64,000 bases of DNA from Longimicrobiales bacterium (GCA_965249725.1 CBDFMQ010000002.1:1-64000), one strand, 5' to 3'; counted from the stretch's first letter, positions 19,424 to 30,392 are shown. The notes: generated by a model not told the origin, from the letters alone. A program made the numbers and translations.

Positions 19424-22405
19424 GTGAGAACCACCCTCTCCTTCCTGAGCCTCGGTGTCCTGCTCACCAGCGGACTCGGAGCCCAACAGGCGAACCGAAC
19501 CGAACCAGTTCAGGGCTTGCGGGACAACGGCACGGGCTTCCACGCACTGGTGGGCGCACGTGTGGTGACGGCTCCAGGGCAGGTCCTCGACAACGCCACC
19601 GTCGTGATCCGCGACGGCCTCATCCAGCAGGTCGGGCGAAACATGCAGGCCCCCGCAGGGGCCCGAGTCTGGGACCTGGCGGGCCACACGGTCTATCCCG
19701 GCTTCATCGATGCCCACGCCGACCTTGGAATGGATGATGTGCCCGAAGGGGGCGATGTGGGGCCGACCCACTGGAATCCTCAGGTACGGGCCTGGTTCAG
19801 CACGACCACCAACCTCCAGGACGCCGCCGACCGCCGGGCCGCGCTGCGCTCTCAAGGGTTCGGAACGGTGCTGGCTGTACCTACAGAGGGGATCTTCCGG
19901 GGCAGCGCCTCGGTCTTGAACCTCGGCGAAGCAGGGGTCCGGGACCGGGTGCTCCGCTCCGATTTGGTCCAGTCCGTGGGCTTCGAGCGTTCGTTGCCGC
20001 TGGGTGGAGCGTACCCCAACTCCTCGATGGGGACGATCGCCCTCATGAAGCAGACGTTCATGGACGCGGACTGGTATATCCGAGCGTGGAATGCCTACGA
20101 GTCCAGCGGCCGCGCCTTCCTTCCGCCGGAGACCAGCGAGGCGCTGGGTGCGCTAGAGGATGTGGTGCAGGGGAATCAACCGGTCCTCTTCGAGACGAGC
20201 AGCGAGGAGGAGTACCTGCGGGCCCATAAGCTCGCAGCGGACTTCCGCGTCGATCCCTGGTTCCGGGGAAGCGGACAGGAATACCGCATCATCGACGTCC
20301 TGCGGGGACGCACCGACCCGCTCATCGTCCCCCTGAACTTTCCTGACGCCCCCGACGTGGATGATCCGGAAGCGGCGCTGAACGCCACCTTGGCCGACCT
20401 ACGCCACTGGTATTTGGCTCCCACCAGCCCGGCCCAGTTGGCCGAGGCGGGGATCCCCTTCGCGATAACCGCCGACGGGCTCTCGTCGCTGAACGAGTTT
20501 CTCCCGAATCTGCGTATCGCGGTGGACCGGGGACTCTCATCGACGGATGCTCTCGCGGCGCTCACCACCACCCCGGCCGGGTGGTTGGGAATCGAGCGCA
20601 CGCACGGAACGATCGAGTCGGGCAAGGTCGCAAACCTCGTCGTGAGTGAGGGCGACCTCTTCACCGACTCAGCCACCGTCCGCGATGTCTGGGTGCACGG
20701 AAGCGTCTACGCCGTGACGCGCCCCGCTCAGATCGACCCGCGAGGCACCTGGCGCATCGCATCAGACGACACCTGGGGCTTCGAAGCAGAACTTCGTCTC
20801 GTGGGCCCACTGAACAGCCTGACCGGCTCCATTGAAGTCGCTGGCCCTGAAGGCGCCAGCGTCGACCTGCTCTCGGCAGAGACCGTGGCCGAGACCGGAC
20901 GCATCGAGGTGCGCTTCGACGGCTTAGAGCTGGGATACGAAGGAATCACCCTCCTGTCAGGGTCGGTGCGAGGTGACGAGTTCTTCGGCTGGACGTCGCT
21001 CCCGAACGGGGCAGACCCCGCGTTCCGGGGGAGCCGTACCGCAGCGTACGAGGGAGAGGACCGGGGCACGATGGCCAAGCGGGTCCCGGAGATCGATCTC
21101 CCGTTCATCCGCCCCATGATGGAGTACGGACGGAGTGCGTTACCCGAGCAGCCGGCCGCAGTGGTCGTACGGAACGGCATCGTGTGGACCCAGGGCCCGC
21201 AGGGCCGCATGGAGAACGCCGACTTGCTGATCGAGGCCGGCAGGGTAGTGGCGGTCGGCGATGATCTCGACGCCCCCCGTGGTGCGGTGGAAATCGACGC
21301 GACCGGTAAGCATGTCACGCCGGGGCTCATCGACCCCCACATCCACTCCGGCGTCAGCTCGGTGAACGAGAGTGGCTTTGCCATCGTGCCCGAGGTGCAG
21401 ATGGGCGACGTGGTAACCCACAACAACATCTGGATGTACCGCCAGCTCGCGGGTGGGCTCACGACGGCGCACATCAAGCACGGATCCGCGAACCCCATCG
21501 GAGGAGAGAACGTCTTCGTGAAGCTGCGGTGGGGCTCGCTGCCCGAGGACCTCAAGCTCGAGAACGCTCCCCGGACGGTGAAGTTCGCCCTGGGCGAGAA
21601 ACCCAAGCGGCGTCAGCAGCGGTATCCCGACACCCGCATGGGAACGCAGGAGATCATCCGCGACCACTTCTTGGCCGCCCGGGACTACGAGCGAGATTGG
21701 CAGCGCTGGGAGGCCTCAGGTGAAGGGGTTCCTCCGCGTCGCGACCTTCGCATGGAGGCCATTCTCGACATCCTGAACCAAGAGCTCCTCATTTCGTCGC
21801 ACGGCTACCGAGCCGACGAGTTCTTGGCGTTGGTGCGCCTAGCCGAGGAATTCGGCTTCCGGGTGCAGACGCTCCAGCACGGGGTCGAGGCCTACAAGAT
21901 CGCTCCCGAGCTGGCGGCCTCCGGGGTCGCAGCGGTGGTGTGGAGCGATTGGGGAGCGTTCAAGATGGAGGCGTACGACGCCAGCGTATACAACGCCCGT
22001 ATTCTCATCGAGGCGGGTGTGGTGACGTCCCTGCACTCCGACAACGCCGAGATCGCCAGCCGCATGAACTGGGAGGCGGGCAAGCTGCTACGCACGGGGC
22101 TGAGCCAAGAACAAGCTTTGTCCACGGTGACGAACCAGGCCGCGAAGGCCGTGGCCATCGACGCCCGGGTGGGCTCGCTCGAGGCGGGCAAGGACGGCGA
22201 CTTCGTCATCTGGAGCGGAAACCCACTGTCGCAGTTCACCCGAGCCGAACAGACCTGGGTAGACGGCCGACGCTACTTCTCCCTCGAGGAGGATGCGGCC
22301 AATCGAGAGCAGATCGACTGGGAGCGTACCCAACTCATCCAAGCCATCCTCTCTGTGAAGCCGGACCCGGAGATGGCGGAGATGGATGGGAGGAACCGAC
22401 CATGA
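19424..22405 (+). CDS. Secreted double-domain amidohydrolase
   Basis: PGFIDAHAD and PGLIDPHIH motifs, GSLEAGKDGD; signal peptide. Confidence 0.88.
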   Translation: MRTTLSFLSLGVLLTSGLGAQQANRTEPVQGLRDNGTGFHALVGARVVTAPGQVLDNATVVIRDGLIQQVGRNMQAPAGARVWDLAGHTVYPGFIDAHADLGMDDVPEGGDVGPTHWNPQVRAWFSTTTNLQDAADRRAALRSQGFGTVLAVPTEGIFRGSASVLNLGEAGVRDRVLRSDLVQSVGFERSLPLGGAYPNSSMGTIALMKQTFMDADWYIRAWNAYESSGRAFLPPETSEALGALEDVVQGNQPVLFETSSEEEYLRAHKLAADFRVDPWFRGSGQEYRIIDVLRGRTDPLIVPLNFPDAPDVDDPEAALNATLADLRHWYLAPTSPAQLAEAGIPFAITADGLSSLNEFLPNLRIAVDRGLSSTDALAALTTTPAGWLGIERTHGTIESGKVANLVVSEGDLFTDSATVRDVWVHGSVYAVTRPAQIDPRGTWRIASDDTWGFEAELRLVGPLNSLTGSIEVAGPEGASVDLLSAETVAETGRIEVRFDGLELGYEGITLLSGSVRGDEFFGWTSLPNGADPAFRGSRTAAYEGEDRGTMAKRVPEIDLPFIRPMMEYGRSALPEQPAAVVVRNGIVWTQGPQGRMENADLLIEAGRVVAVGDDLDAPRGAVEIDATGKHVTPGLIDPHIHSGVSSVNESGFAIVPEVQMGDVVTHNNIWMYRQLAGGLTTAHIKHGSANPIGGENVFVKLRWGSLPEDLKLENAPRTVKFALGEKPKRRQQRYPDTRMGTQEIIRDHFLAARDYERDWQRWEASGEGVPPRRDLRMEAILDILNQELLISSHGYRADEFLALVRLAEEFGFRVQTLQHGVEAYKIAPELAASGVAAVVWSDWGAFKMEAYDASVYNARILIEAGVVTSLHSDNAEIASRMNWEAGKLLRTGLSQEQALSTVTNQAAKAVAIDARVGSLEAGKDGDFVIWSGNPLSQFTRAEQTWVDGRRYFSLEEDAANREQIDWERTQLIQAILSVKPDPEMAEMDGRNRP

Positions 22406-23793
22406 CGACGACGAAACGAGAAGCCATGACTAGAGTCATTTCCTGGGCCGGCGGTGTCACCGCCCTGACCTTGGCCGTAAGCCTGACCGCAACCGTGGTC
22501 GCGACCACCCTCCTGTCTCCGTCTTCGGCAAGCGCACAAGTACGGATGACGGTCCCGCCCCAGTCCGAACCGGTGGCGCTCCAGGGGGCCACCATCCACA
22601 CCGTGACCAACGGTGTGATCGAGAACGGGACGATCCTCTTCGAAAACGGGGTGATTTCGGCGATTGGCACCGATGTCCGGATCCCCCAGGGGACCCGGGT
22701 AGTGGACGCTTCCGGCAAGCACATCTACCCCGGGCTCATCGATGCCTACAGCACCGTGGGGATCAGTGAGATCGGCGCAGTGGGTGTCTCGAACGACGTC
22801 AACGAACTGGGCGACTTCAACCCCAACGTACGGGCCGAGGTGGCGGTCAACGCTGAGAGCCGCCATATCGGCACAACCCGCTCTTCCGGTGTGCTCGTGA
22901 CCTTGAGCACTCCCGGCGGTGGCCTCATCTCCGGCATGTCGTCGGCTCTCAGCCTCGAGGGGTGGAGCTGGGAGGAAATGTCCATGGAGTCGGCAGCGGC
23001 TCTCAACGTGAACTGGCCGGATCCCAATCCAGGCCGTCGTCGCCGTTCCGGGGGCTTCGGCGGGCCGCAGGAGGAGCCGGTTCCCTACCCGGAGCGGGTC
23101 CAGCAGCTCAAGGACTTCTTCGCCGAGGCGCGGGCGTACCGCGACGCGGTGGCCGCAGGTGAGGAGGTACGGACCGACTCACGCTACGCCGCCATGATCC
23201 GGGCGCTCGACCGGGCGATCCCCGTGCTGGTAAACGCCGATGGCGCGGCCCAGATCAACGACGCCATCACATGGGGTCTGGAAGAGGACGTGAGGCTCGT
23301 GATCCGAGGCGGGGGCGACGCCATTCACGTTGCCGACCGGTTGGTCGCGAACGACATCCCGGTGATCCTCACCTCGACCATGGCCGCGCCAGGACGGGAC
23401 TACGAGGGGTACGACGACACCTACTCCATGCCGGCCCAACTCCATGAAGCGGGTGTGAGGTTCGCCATTTCCGGAGGATCCGGTGCCCTCTACAGCAATC
23501 GGCTACCCTGGGAAGCGGGGGTCGCCGTGGCTTTTGGTCTCCCGGAGGAGGAGGCGCTCAAGGCCGTTACCATCAACGCCGCGGAGTTCATGGGAATCGA
23601 CGATCGCGTCGGATCACTGGAACCCGGTAAGCAGGCGACGTTCCTCATCACCACCGGGACTCCGCTGGACATGACGTCCGACATCGAGCAGTCCTACATC
23701 CAGGGCCGCGAGATCGACATGATGGACATCCAGAAGTGGTTCTTCGACAAGTACATGAAGAAGGTGCTGCAATACAGGAGGTTGGTGATGTAG
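22402..23793 (+). CDS. Secreted amidohydrolase-family protein (partner subunit)
   Basis: GKHIYPGLID, GSLEPGKQA; lacks the HxH metal motif; ATGA overlap. Confidence 0.85.
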   Translation: MTTTKREAMTRVISWAGGVTALTLAVSLTATVVATTLLSPSSASAQVRMTVPPQSEPVALQGATIHTVTNGVIENGTILFENGVISAIGTDVRIPQGTRVVDASGKHIYPGLIDAYSTVGISEIGAVGVSNDVNELGDFNPNVRAEVAVNAESRHIGTTRSSGVLVTLSTPGGGLISGMSSALSLEGWSWEEMSMESAAALNVNWPDPNPGRRRRSGGFGGPQEEPVPYPERVQQLKDFFAEARAYRDAVAAGEEVRTDSRYAAMIRALDRAIPVLVNADGAAQINDAITWGLEEDVRLVIRGGGDAIHVADRLVANDIPVILTSTMAAPGRDYEGYDDTYSMPAQLHEAGVRFAISGGSGALYSNRLPWEAGVAVAFGLPEEEALKAVTINAAEFMGIDDRVGSLEPGKQATFLITTGTPLDMTSDIEQSYIQGREIDMMDIQKWFFDKYMKKVLQYRRLVM

Positions 23794-23820
23794 AGGGCTT
23801 CGCCGACCGCCGGGTAGGCG

Positions 23821-24645
23821 TCACAGAAACAAGACGATGGCCGCAACGAGTACCGCGAGCACGAACAGCACCGGCCATACCTTCCCTGACGCGGTCGCCT
23901 TGCCTGAGCCGGGAGCATCCGACATCGCTCTTGCATGTCGAACTGAGCTGTCGTGCGGGTAGAGTTCACCCCAAATCACTGGAATCCGCCCCTTCTTGCC
24001 CGAGAGACCCTTGATGCTGGCGGATTGGCGTACACCCTCGTCGAGGTGGTGGGCGAGGTGAACAGCGTCGGTCTCGGGGACGTAGCCGATATCAACTCCA
24101 TTCATGAGCCGAACGAGAATCGTGTGACGGCTGACTTCGCTGTCCGGTTCGCGGAGCAGGAAGACGTCGTCCTCCACCTTGCAGTGGGCCTTGATAACCT
24201 CGGCCATCCCTTCGCGCCTCGCCCCCGCCACCAGGAAGTCGAAGCGAGTGATCGGGCGGTTCCGCTGCTCCCTCTCTTCGCCCACGGCCGTGGCTTCGGT
24301 CGTCCCATCGTCGGCTTCCGCTCCCCGCCTCCGCATTGCTGCGATGGAGCGTTCCTCCTGGGCCATGACGGTTTCAATCGCCGCCTGCAACCAGGCTCGC
24401 TCCTTCTCGGTGACACGGCCGTCTTCTAGGACCGCTTCGACCGACTCGCGTAGGTAGACAATCCCCGCGATGGCCGAATCGCGGTTGTCGCTGAGCCACT
24501 CGTTCAGCGCCGCGACCTCTTCGTCCAGGATACGACCGTCTTCCGTGACCGTCTGAAGGAGTGCGAGCAACTCGATCGCTTCGGGCGCCTCCAGCTGTTC
24601 CTTCGTCAGGGACTGCCGAGCGGTGTTCGGCTTCTTTTCATCCAT
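23821..24645 (-). CDS. HIRAN-domain protein with TerB-like N-terminus and C-terminal TM anchor
   Basis: FLVAG..LLREPDS..HTILV..DIGYVP HIRAN pattern; two DG-R..EE helical repeats; hydrophobic C-tail. Confidence 0.7.
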   Translation of the reverse strand: MDEKKPNTARQSLTKEQLEAPEAIELLALLQTVTEDGRILDEEVAALNEWLSDNRDSAIAGIVYLRESVEAVLEDGRVTEKERAWLQAAIETVMAQEERSIAAMRRRGAEADDGTTEATAVGEEREQRNRPITRFDFLVAGARREGMAEVIKAHCKVEDDVFLLREPDSEVSRHTILVRLMNGVDIGYVPETDAVHLAHHLDEGVRQSASIKGLSGKKGRIPVIWGELYPHDSSVRHARAMSDAPGSGKATASGKVWPVLFVLAVLVAAIVLFL

Positions 24646-24647
24646 CT

Positions 24648-25463
24648 CTACGCCAACCCCTTCCGCACCCGCGCCGACCCCCACTCCGCCACGACCACCG
24701 TCCCCAGGATCACCAGCAGGATGACGCTGACCCGTGACCAGGCGAGCGCGTCGATCGAGGCCTGGAGTGCCATGCCGATGCCGCCCGCGCCCACGAGCCC
24801 GAGAATGGTCGCTTCCCGGATGTTGATCTCCCAGCGATACACGCTGACACCCGCCATGGTCGGCAGAATCTGCGGGACCAGTCCGAATGCGAGAGCCTGC
24901 GCCCGTCCGGCGCCCGTGGTCTCCATCGCGGTGACGGGCATCTCGGGGGCTTCCTCGATCGATTCGTAGACGAGCTTGCCCACGAAGCCGACCGATCGGA
25001 ACGCGATCGCCAGGATTCCGGCAAGCATGCCGGGTCCGATGAGCACCACGAGCATGAGTGCCCAGATGATCGAGTTGACCGAGCGTGATGTGACCAACAC
25101 CAGAAGCGCCACCGGGCGCACGTAGAGGCGCGACGGGGTCGTGGGCCGCGCCGCGGCAAAGGCCAGCGGGACGGCGATGAGCACACCGAGCACGGTCCCG
25201 AGCGTCGCGATGTGGACGGTGTCGGCCAGGGGAGACGCGAGAGTTGTCACGTAGCCACTACTCGGGGGGAACATGCGCATGCCCATGTCACGCAGCTGCA
25301 CACCCGCGTCGAGCACGAAGCTCCAGGTCGTCTGCGACGAGATACTCCTCCACGCGGCGACCAGGCACGCGGTGACACCCAGGGACGCCACGAACCGGAC
25401 GCGGACCTGGGCCGGCGTGTGTCGGCGCCAGCTTCGACGGTCCTCGGTGTTAAGCACCGGCAC
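24648..25463 (-). CDS. phnE: Phosphonate-type ABC permease
   Basis: [22 protein letters not shown]. Confidence 0.9.
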   Translation of the reverse strand: MPVLNTEDRRSWRRHTPAQVRVRFVASLGVTACLVAAWRSISSQTTWSFVLDAGVQLRDMGMRMFPPSSGYVTTLASPLADTVHIATLGTVLGVLIAVPLAFAAARPTTPSRLYVRPVALLVLVTSRSVNSIIWALMLVVLIGPGMLAGILAIAFRSVGFVGKLVYESIEEAPEMPVTAMETTGAGRAQALAFGLVPQILPTMAGVSVYRWEINIREATILGLVGAGGIGMALQASIDALAWSRVSVILLVILGTVVVAEWGSARVRKGLA

Positions 25464-26263
25464 TACAGGAGCCTCCTGCGCAGCCGGCCCGAAACGACCT
25501 CCGCCACGAAGACCATCGAGATAATCAGGATCAGGATGGCGGACACCGATTCGAACTCGTAGCGGCTGAACGCAGTCGTGAGCGTGGCCCCGATCCCTCC
25601 CGCTCCGACCAAGCCGATTACCGCCGACTCCCGAAAGTTGATGTCGAGGCGGTACAGCGTCAGGCCGAGAATTCGGGGCATCACCTGTGGAAGCACCGCG
25701 AACACGACACGCGATGGCCAGGCCGCGCCAGCCGTGCTGAGCGCCTCGAGCGGGCCGGGCTCAATCTCTTCCACGGCTTCAGCCAGCAGCTTTCCCAGGA
25801 AACCGACCGTGGCCACAACGAGCGTGACGACACCCGCGAACGGACCAAAACCGAACATCGCCACGAAGAGGATCGCCACGAGGATCTCATGAAAGGCGCG
25901 GAATACGGCCAATGCGGCTCGGCACGTCACGTAGACCGGCGCAGGAACCAAGTTGCGAGACGCCCCGAGCCCGAAGGGGACGGAGATCACGAGGCCGGCG
26001 GCGGTCGCGACGACGGTCATCGAGAGGCTCTCGAGCAGTCCGGTCCGGACATCGGGCCAGCGCGTGATGAAATCGGGCCGGAGCCATCCCCCGAAGAAGT
26101 CTGCGGCGCGGGCCATACCCTCCATGATCCGTGCCAAGTCCACCTCGAGGGTCAGGAAGGCTGCCACCAGGTAGAGCGTGACCGACCCCCACAGGAGCCT
26201 CCTCACGGCTCCGCTCCGGATTCTGGGAGGCGGGTGCCATGCCCGCGCCAGGTCAGTCGCCAA
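25463..26263 (-). CDS. phnE: Phosphonate-type ABC permease
   Basis: [22 protein letters not shown]. Confidence 0.9.
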   Translation of the reverse strand: MATDLARAWHPPPRIRSGAVRRLLWGSVTLYLVAAFLTLEVDLARIMEGMARAADFFGGWLRPDFITRWPDVRTGLLESLSMTVVATAAGLVISVPFGLGASRNLVPAPVYVTCRAALAVFRAFHEILVAILFVAMFGFGPFAGVVTLVVATVGFLGKLLAEAVEEIEPGPLEALSTAGAAWPSRVVFAVLPQVMPRILGLTLYRLDINFRESAVIGLVGAGGIGATLTTAFSRYEFESVSAILILIISMVFVAEVVSGRLRRRLL

Positions 26264-27101
26264 TGTTCGCCGCGTCCGGTCCGGTTCCGGGGTTGGGACT
26301 CACGGCGGCGTCCGATCCCGCGCCGACGTGCGATTCCAGGGCTTCCTCCCCGTAGACCCGTGTCAGGATGTCGTCGTCCAGTGCGGCCGGAGGGCCGTCG
26401 AAGACGACCGTCCCCTCGTGCAGGCCAAGGATGCGTGGACAGAAGCGACGGGCCAACGGGACATCGTGGAGGTTGATGATCGCTGCGAGGCCGAGCTCGG
26501 CGCACATCTCGGTGATCAGGCCCATGATCCGCGCCGAGGTGGCGGGATCGAGACTCGCTGTCGGCTCGTCCACCAGGAGGAGGTCCGGATGCTGAATCAA
26601 GGCGCGAGCGATGCCGACCCGCTGCTTCTGGCCGCCCGAGAGCTCGTCACAGCGCCGGTCCTCCAGGCCTGCGAGCCCCGTCCGGTCGAGAAGTCGGAAG
26701 GCTTCCTCGACGTCGTCCGGGTCGAAGCGTCGGCGAACGCTCGGCCAGAATCCGGTGCGGCCGAGCGTACCGCAGAGCACGTTTTCCATGACGCTCAACC
26801 GCTCGACGAGTGCGTGTTCCTGGAAGATCATGCCCATGCGCAGGCGAGCCTGTCGGAGTTCTCCGCGGCCTAGCGCAACGAGATTCGATCCGTCGAGAAC
26901 GACTGCTCCCTCGGTCGGCTCCACCAGACGCTGTACGGCCCTCAGAAGCGTACTCTTGCCGGCACCCGACGCTCCGATGAGGCCGACCACCTCGGCCCGC
27001 TGGACCTCGAGCGAGACGCCGCGGAGCACAGGTGGTCCCGCCCCGTAGCGCACCACGAGATCCTCGATCGAGAGCACAGCGCGGGCGTCGGTCATCGACA
27101 A
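26253..27101 (-). CDS. phnC: Phosphonate-type ABC ATPase
   Basis: [31 protein letters not shown]. Confidence 0.92.
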   Translation of the reverse strand: MSMTDARAVLSIEDLVVRYGAGPPVLRGVSLEVQRAEVVGLIGASGAGKSTLLRAVQRLVEPTEGAVVLDGSNLVALGRGELRQARLRMGMIFQEHALVERLSVMENVLCGTLGRTGFWPSVRRRFDPDDVEEAFRLLDRTGLAGLEDRRCDELSGGQKQRVGIARALIQHPDLLLVDEPTASLDPATSARIMGLITEMCAELGLAAIINLHDVPLARRFCPRILGLHEGTVVFDGPPAALDDDILTRVYGEEALESHVGAGSDAAVSPNPGTGPDAANIGD

Positions 27102-28084
27102 CCCCAGCTCGTGTTCAACGCCACGTCGATCGACCGAATGACGTCCCAGTGTTGCTCGTACGTGATCTCGATGAATCCGCCCTCTTCCTGAAACTCAGCC
27201 TCCAGGGCACTACCGGCCCACTCGAACGTGAGGAACGCCTGACGAACGCGCTCGGCGAGGCCCGGGTCCAGGCGATTCGAGACGCCGTAGGCTGTCGTGG
27301 GGAACGACTCGGAGCGGTAGAGGACCCGAAGGTCTTCCCGACTACCCACGCCTCGCGCCAAGACCTGGTCGATGACCTGATTGGCGACAGCGGCCGCCTC
27401 GTAGTCCCTCTGGAGGACACCGAGTACCGAGTTGTCGTGCCTTCCCGAGAAGACGGGCTCGAAGTCTCGGCCCGCCACGAGTCCGAATTCCGACTCGAGA
27501 AGGACGGAGGGTGCCTTGAACCCGCTGTTCGACGTGGGCGAGGTGAACGTGAGGGACCGTCCCCGCAGGTCCTCGACTACGTCGATTCCGCTATCCCGAT
27601 GGGTGAGAATCTCCATCTCGTATCCGAAGCGCCCGTCCTCGTGTGCCATCATCGTCAGGGGCACGAAGCCGGCGCAGTTGACCGCGAGCGGAACGCTCCC
27701 CGTGTTGAAGCCACCAATGTGCAGCCGTCCCGCCCGCATCGCCTCGATCTGGGCCGCGTTCGATTGGACGGGGAAGAACTGGACCTCCCGGGAGACGATG
27801 TCCTCGAGGTGATCCAGGAAACCCTGCCATACGTCCCTGAACTGAGCGGGGTCTTCGACGGGAGTGTAAGCGAAGATCAGGACCTCAGGATCGAGTCGGA
27901 GCCGCGGATTCGACGGCGCCTCGGCGACGAGATCCCCATTTCGATCGCAGTAACGGACGTCCAGGTCGCCACGCGCGCAGTCCTCGACCAGTGGGCCCGT
28001 GCAGGCGAGAAGCATGATCGCGATCGAACCGGACCCGAAAGCCCCGAAGAGCTTGCGCCTTGGAACGTGGCGGGGTCCGCTCAC
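27092..28084 (-). CDS. phnD: Phosphate/phosphonate ABC substrate-binding lipoprotein
   Basis: [19 protein letters not shown]; lipobox LLAC. Confidence 0.9.
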   Translation of the reverse strand: MSGPRHVPRRKLFGAFGSGSIAIMLLACTGPLVEDCARGDLDVRYCDRNGDLVAEAPSNPRLRLDPEVLIFAYTPVEDPAQFRDVWQGFLDHLEDIVSREVQFFPVQSNAAQIEAMRAGRLHIGGFNTGSVPLAVNCAGFVPLTMMAHEDGRFGYEMEILTHRDSGIDVVEDLRGRSLTFTSPTSNSGFKAPSVLLESEFGLVAGRDFEPVFSGRHDNSVLGVLQRDYEAAAVANQVIDQVLARGVGSREDLRVLYRSESFPTTAYGVSNRLDPGLAERVRQAFLTFEWAGSALEAEFQEEGGFIEITYEQHWDVIRSIDVALNTSWGCR

Positions 28085-28105
28085 GGGCTGCGCTTGCTCA
28101 CGCGA

Positions 28106-29083
28106 TCAGGGGCCATCCGGTGGCGGCCTTCTTGGATAGAGGTCCGGGTTGTTCGTAATGACCCCGTCGACGCCCATCTCGTATAGGTAGTACGCCATCT
28201 CTCTTCCCACGGTCTCGAACTCGCCCGGATCGTCCTCGGTGAACGTCCAGGGCACCACGGTCAGGCCGTGCTCGTGTGCGACGTCGATGATCCCTTGGTC
28301 GTCGAGCAGGAGGCTCTTGGTCGGTCCGATCCCGGTCACGAATTCCGCCGCCTCGGCCAGCCCCTCTGCCGTGAGCCATTCGGCATCCTCTCCATCGATG
28401 AGGAGCGCGAGCGGGAGTCGGGTGTGGTGTTGATCACGAAGAATCCTCAGGCTCTCCGCGCTGAAGGACTGGATCACGACAGGCGTATCCGGATCCGCCC
28501 CGGGCTCGGCCAGCCCGTATCGGGCCAGCTCCGCGAGGAGAAGCCCCTCCATGTCGAAGCCGCGGTCTCCGTAGACCTCGGGGGCCTTGGTCTCGATGAA
28601 CAGGCCGGCGCGGCCTCGGACCAGCTCGATCACCTCGGAGAGCGTCAGGACCTTCGTCCCGGCAAAGGCGTCACCGAACCATGATCCCGCATCGAGTCGG
28701 CGGATTTCGTCGAGTGTGAAGTCGTTGACATGCCACACGTCGACGAGTTCCCCGCGCCGCTTTCGCTGGGACCGAGCCGGGAAAACGTCTCGCACGTTCG
28801 TTGTACGCGTGAGGGTGAGGTCGTGAAGCGCGATCAAAACACCGTCTTTGGTGATCTGCAGATCGGGCTCGACGTAGTCGGCGCCTTGCTCGATCCCCAA
28901 TTCGTACGCCTCGATCGAGTGTTCAGGGGCGTACGCAGAGGCCCCTCGATGCGCGATGAGGATGGGGCCATCTGCTTCGGTGCGGTCGGTCGGCTCATTC
29001 GCATCGGAAGAGCACCCGAACACGATGGCCAGCGTCGTGAGCAGGGCCAGACGGGGCAGGGCGTCACGGGGGAAGTTGTTCAT
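28106..29083 (-). CDS. Glycerophosphodiester phosphodiesterase (lipoprotein)
   Basis: IAHRGAS, EPDLQITKDG, HD, IETK, QSF, GVDGVITN. Confidence 0.93.
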   Translation of the reverse strand: MNNFPRDALPRLALLTTLAIVFGCSSDANEPTDRTEADGPILIAHRGASAYAPEHSIEAYELGIEQGADYVEPDLQITKDGVLIALHDLTLTRTTNVRDVFPARSQRKRRGELVDVWHVNDFTLDEIRRLDAGSWFGDAFAGTKVLTLSEVIELVRGRAGLFIETKAPEVYGDRGFDMEGLLLAELARYGLAEPGADPDTPVVIQSFSAESLRILRDQHHTRLPLALLIDGEDAEWLTAEGLAEAAEFVTGIGPTKSLLLDDQGIIDVAHEHGLTVVPWTFTEDDPGEFETVGREMAYYLYEMGVDGVITNNPDLYPRRPPPDGP

Positions 29084-29179
29084 CACCTGCCGGTCCCTTC
29101 TTCGGAGGGGGGACGTGCGCGTGTGCCGCGAGCGGTACATCTCGAGCGCGTCGAAGATGGGCGGTGGCTGGTCCTGAGG

Positions 29180-29370
29180 CTACCCGACCCGCGTCCCCAG
29201 CTCATGAAGCGTTCCTGTCTGCAGCGCTCCGACCTCTCGATGCTGTTCGAGCGGCACGCCCAACGATGTACAGAGCAGCGTAGACGCCACGTCCCCATGG
29301 GTGCACAGAATGACAGTCGCGAAGCGCTCGTCGTTGGTCAGTTCCTCGATCGCGGTTCCCTGCTCGTGAT
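29180..29370 (-). pseudogene. Histidine phosphatase C-terminal remnant
   Basis: VILCTHGDV motif with no RHG N-terminus and no start codon. Confidence 0.5.
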
Positions 29371-29372
29371 CG

Positions 29373-30308
29373 CTACCGCTCGAGCCTCTGAGTAACCACG
29401 AACCGGGTCCCCTGAGCATTGACGTCGTATTCGGGATTGTAGGACGCCATCGTGTTGTCGGGGCCCATGCCGACCTGTTCGCCCGTAAACAGCCTTCGGG
29501 GTGTGCCAGGAGTAAAGCCATCCTCGGCGATGTACTCGACGGCCATGAGGGAATTGCCTTCCCAGTAGAATAGTTCGTCGTCGCTCCATTTTGGCCAGGT
29601 ACCGCCGTTCGTCGACACCTTCCATCGGGCCGCGGACCTCGGAAAGGTGGTCACGAAGATCTCGGTCTCTCCCTCTTGATCGGACTGGTATGCGACCAAG
29701 CGACCATCACGGGACATGCGCGCCAGCGCCTGAATCCCGTCGTCGTCGACCAGCACCCCAGTCTCTGCGCTCGATACGATGACGTACCAGATGTCTCGGG
29801 CTTGCGTATCAGGATCGTTCGTATGGAAGACCACCGTCGACATGTCGGGGGACCATGATGGATACCACTTGTGCATACCCTCGCTCACGATGAGCGGCAC
29901 GTCACCGCCGGAACCGTCTGCGGCTCGGACATACAGGTTCGAGACGCCGCCCGGATTCTGGATCGAATAGGCAATACGGGATCCGTCCGGAGACCAGATC
30001 ATGTGCCGCTCGAACCCGTCATTGCTCGTCAGCCGGTGAGCGTCACGGCTCTCGAGGAGGTACAGGTGGTCTGTTTCGCCCGGTACTGCCCGGCCACGGA
30101 CCACTATCTGGGTCTCGTCCGGGGAGATTGACGGATCGAGGATCGAGTTCATCCGCGGACCGATGGTTCCCTGGACGCTTCCAGCCCTGTCGACCCAAGC
30201 GAGCTGACGAACGGTGGGGGCGAGGGCCTGTGCCCGCGCCTGGCGTGTTTCGAGATGGAGGGACAGCGCCGCGAGCGCGATGAGCGGGATAGCACGGTAC
30301 TGCTTCAT
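29373..30308 (-). CDS. Secreted TolB-like/PD40 beta-propeller protein
   Basis: SPD repeats; resembles the kinase sensor domain; signal peptide. Confidence 0.8.
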   Translation of the reverse strand: MKQYRAIPLIALAALSLHLETRQARAQALAPTVRQLAWVDRAGSVQGTIGPRMNSILDPSISPDETQIVVRGRAVPGETDHLYLLESRDAHRLTSNDGFERHMIWSPDGSRIAYSIQNPGGVSNLYVRAADGSGGDVPLIVSEGMHKWYPSWSPDMSTVVFHTNDPDTQARDIWYVIVSSAETGVLVDDDGIQALARMSRDGRLVAYQSDQEGETEIFVTTFPRSAARWKVSTNGGTWPKWSDDELFYWEGNSLMAVEYIAEDGFTPGTPRRLFTGEQVGMGPDNTMASYNPEYDVNAQGTRFVVTQRLER

Positions 30309-30322
30309 GATATCTCCTGACG

Positions 30323-30367
30323 GACGGTGAGGCCCGACGGTGAGGCCCGATGGTGAGGCCCGACGGT
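30323..30367. repeat. Tandem repeat (GACGGTGAGGCCC) x about 3.5
   Basis: Read directly from sequence. Confidence 0.9.
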
Positions 30368-30392
30368 CGAGCGCCCTACCGCAGCGATCAGA

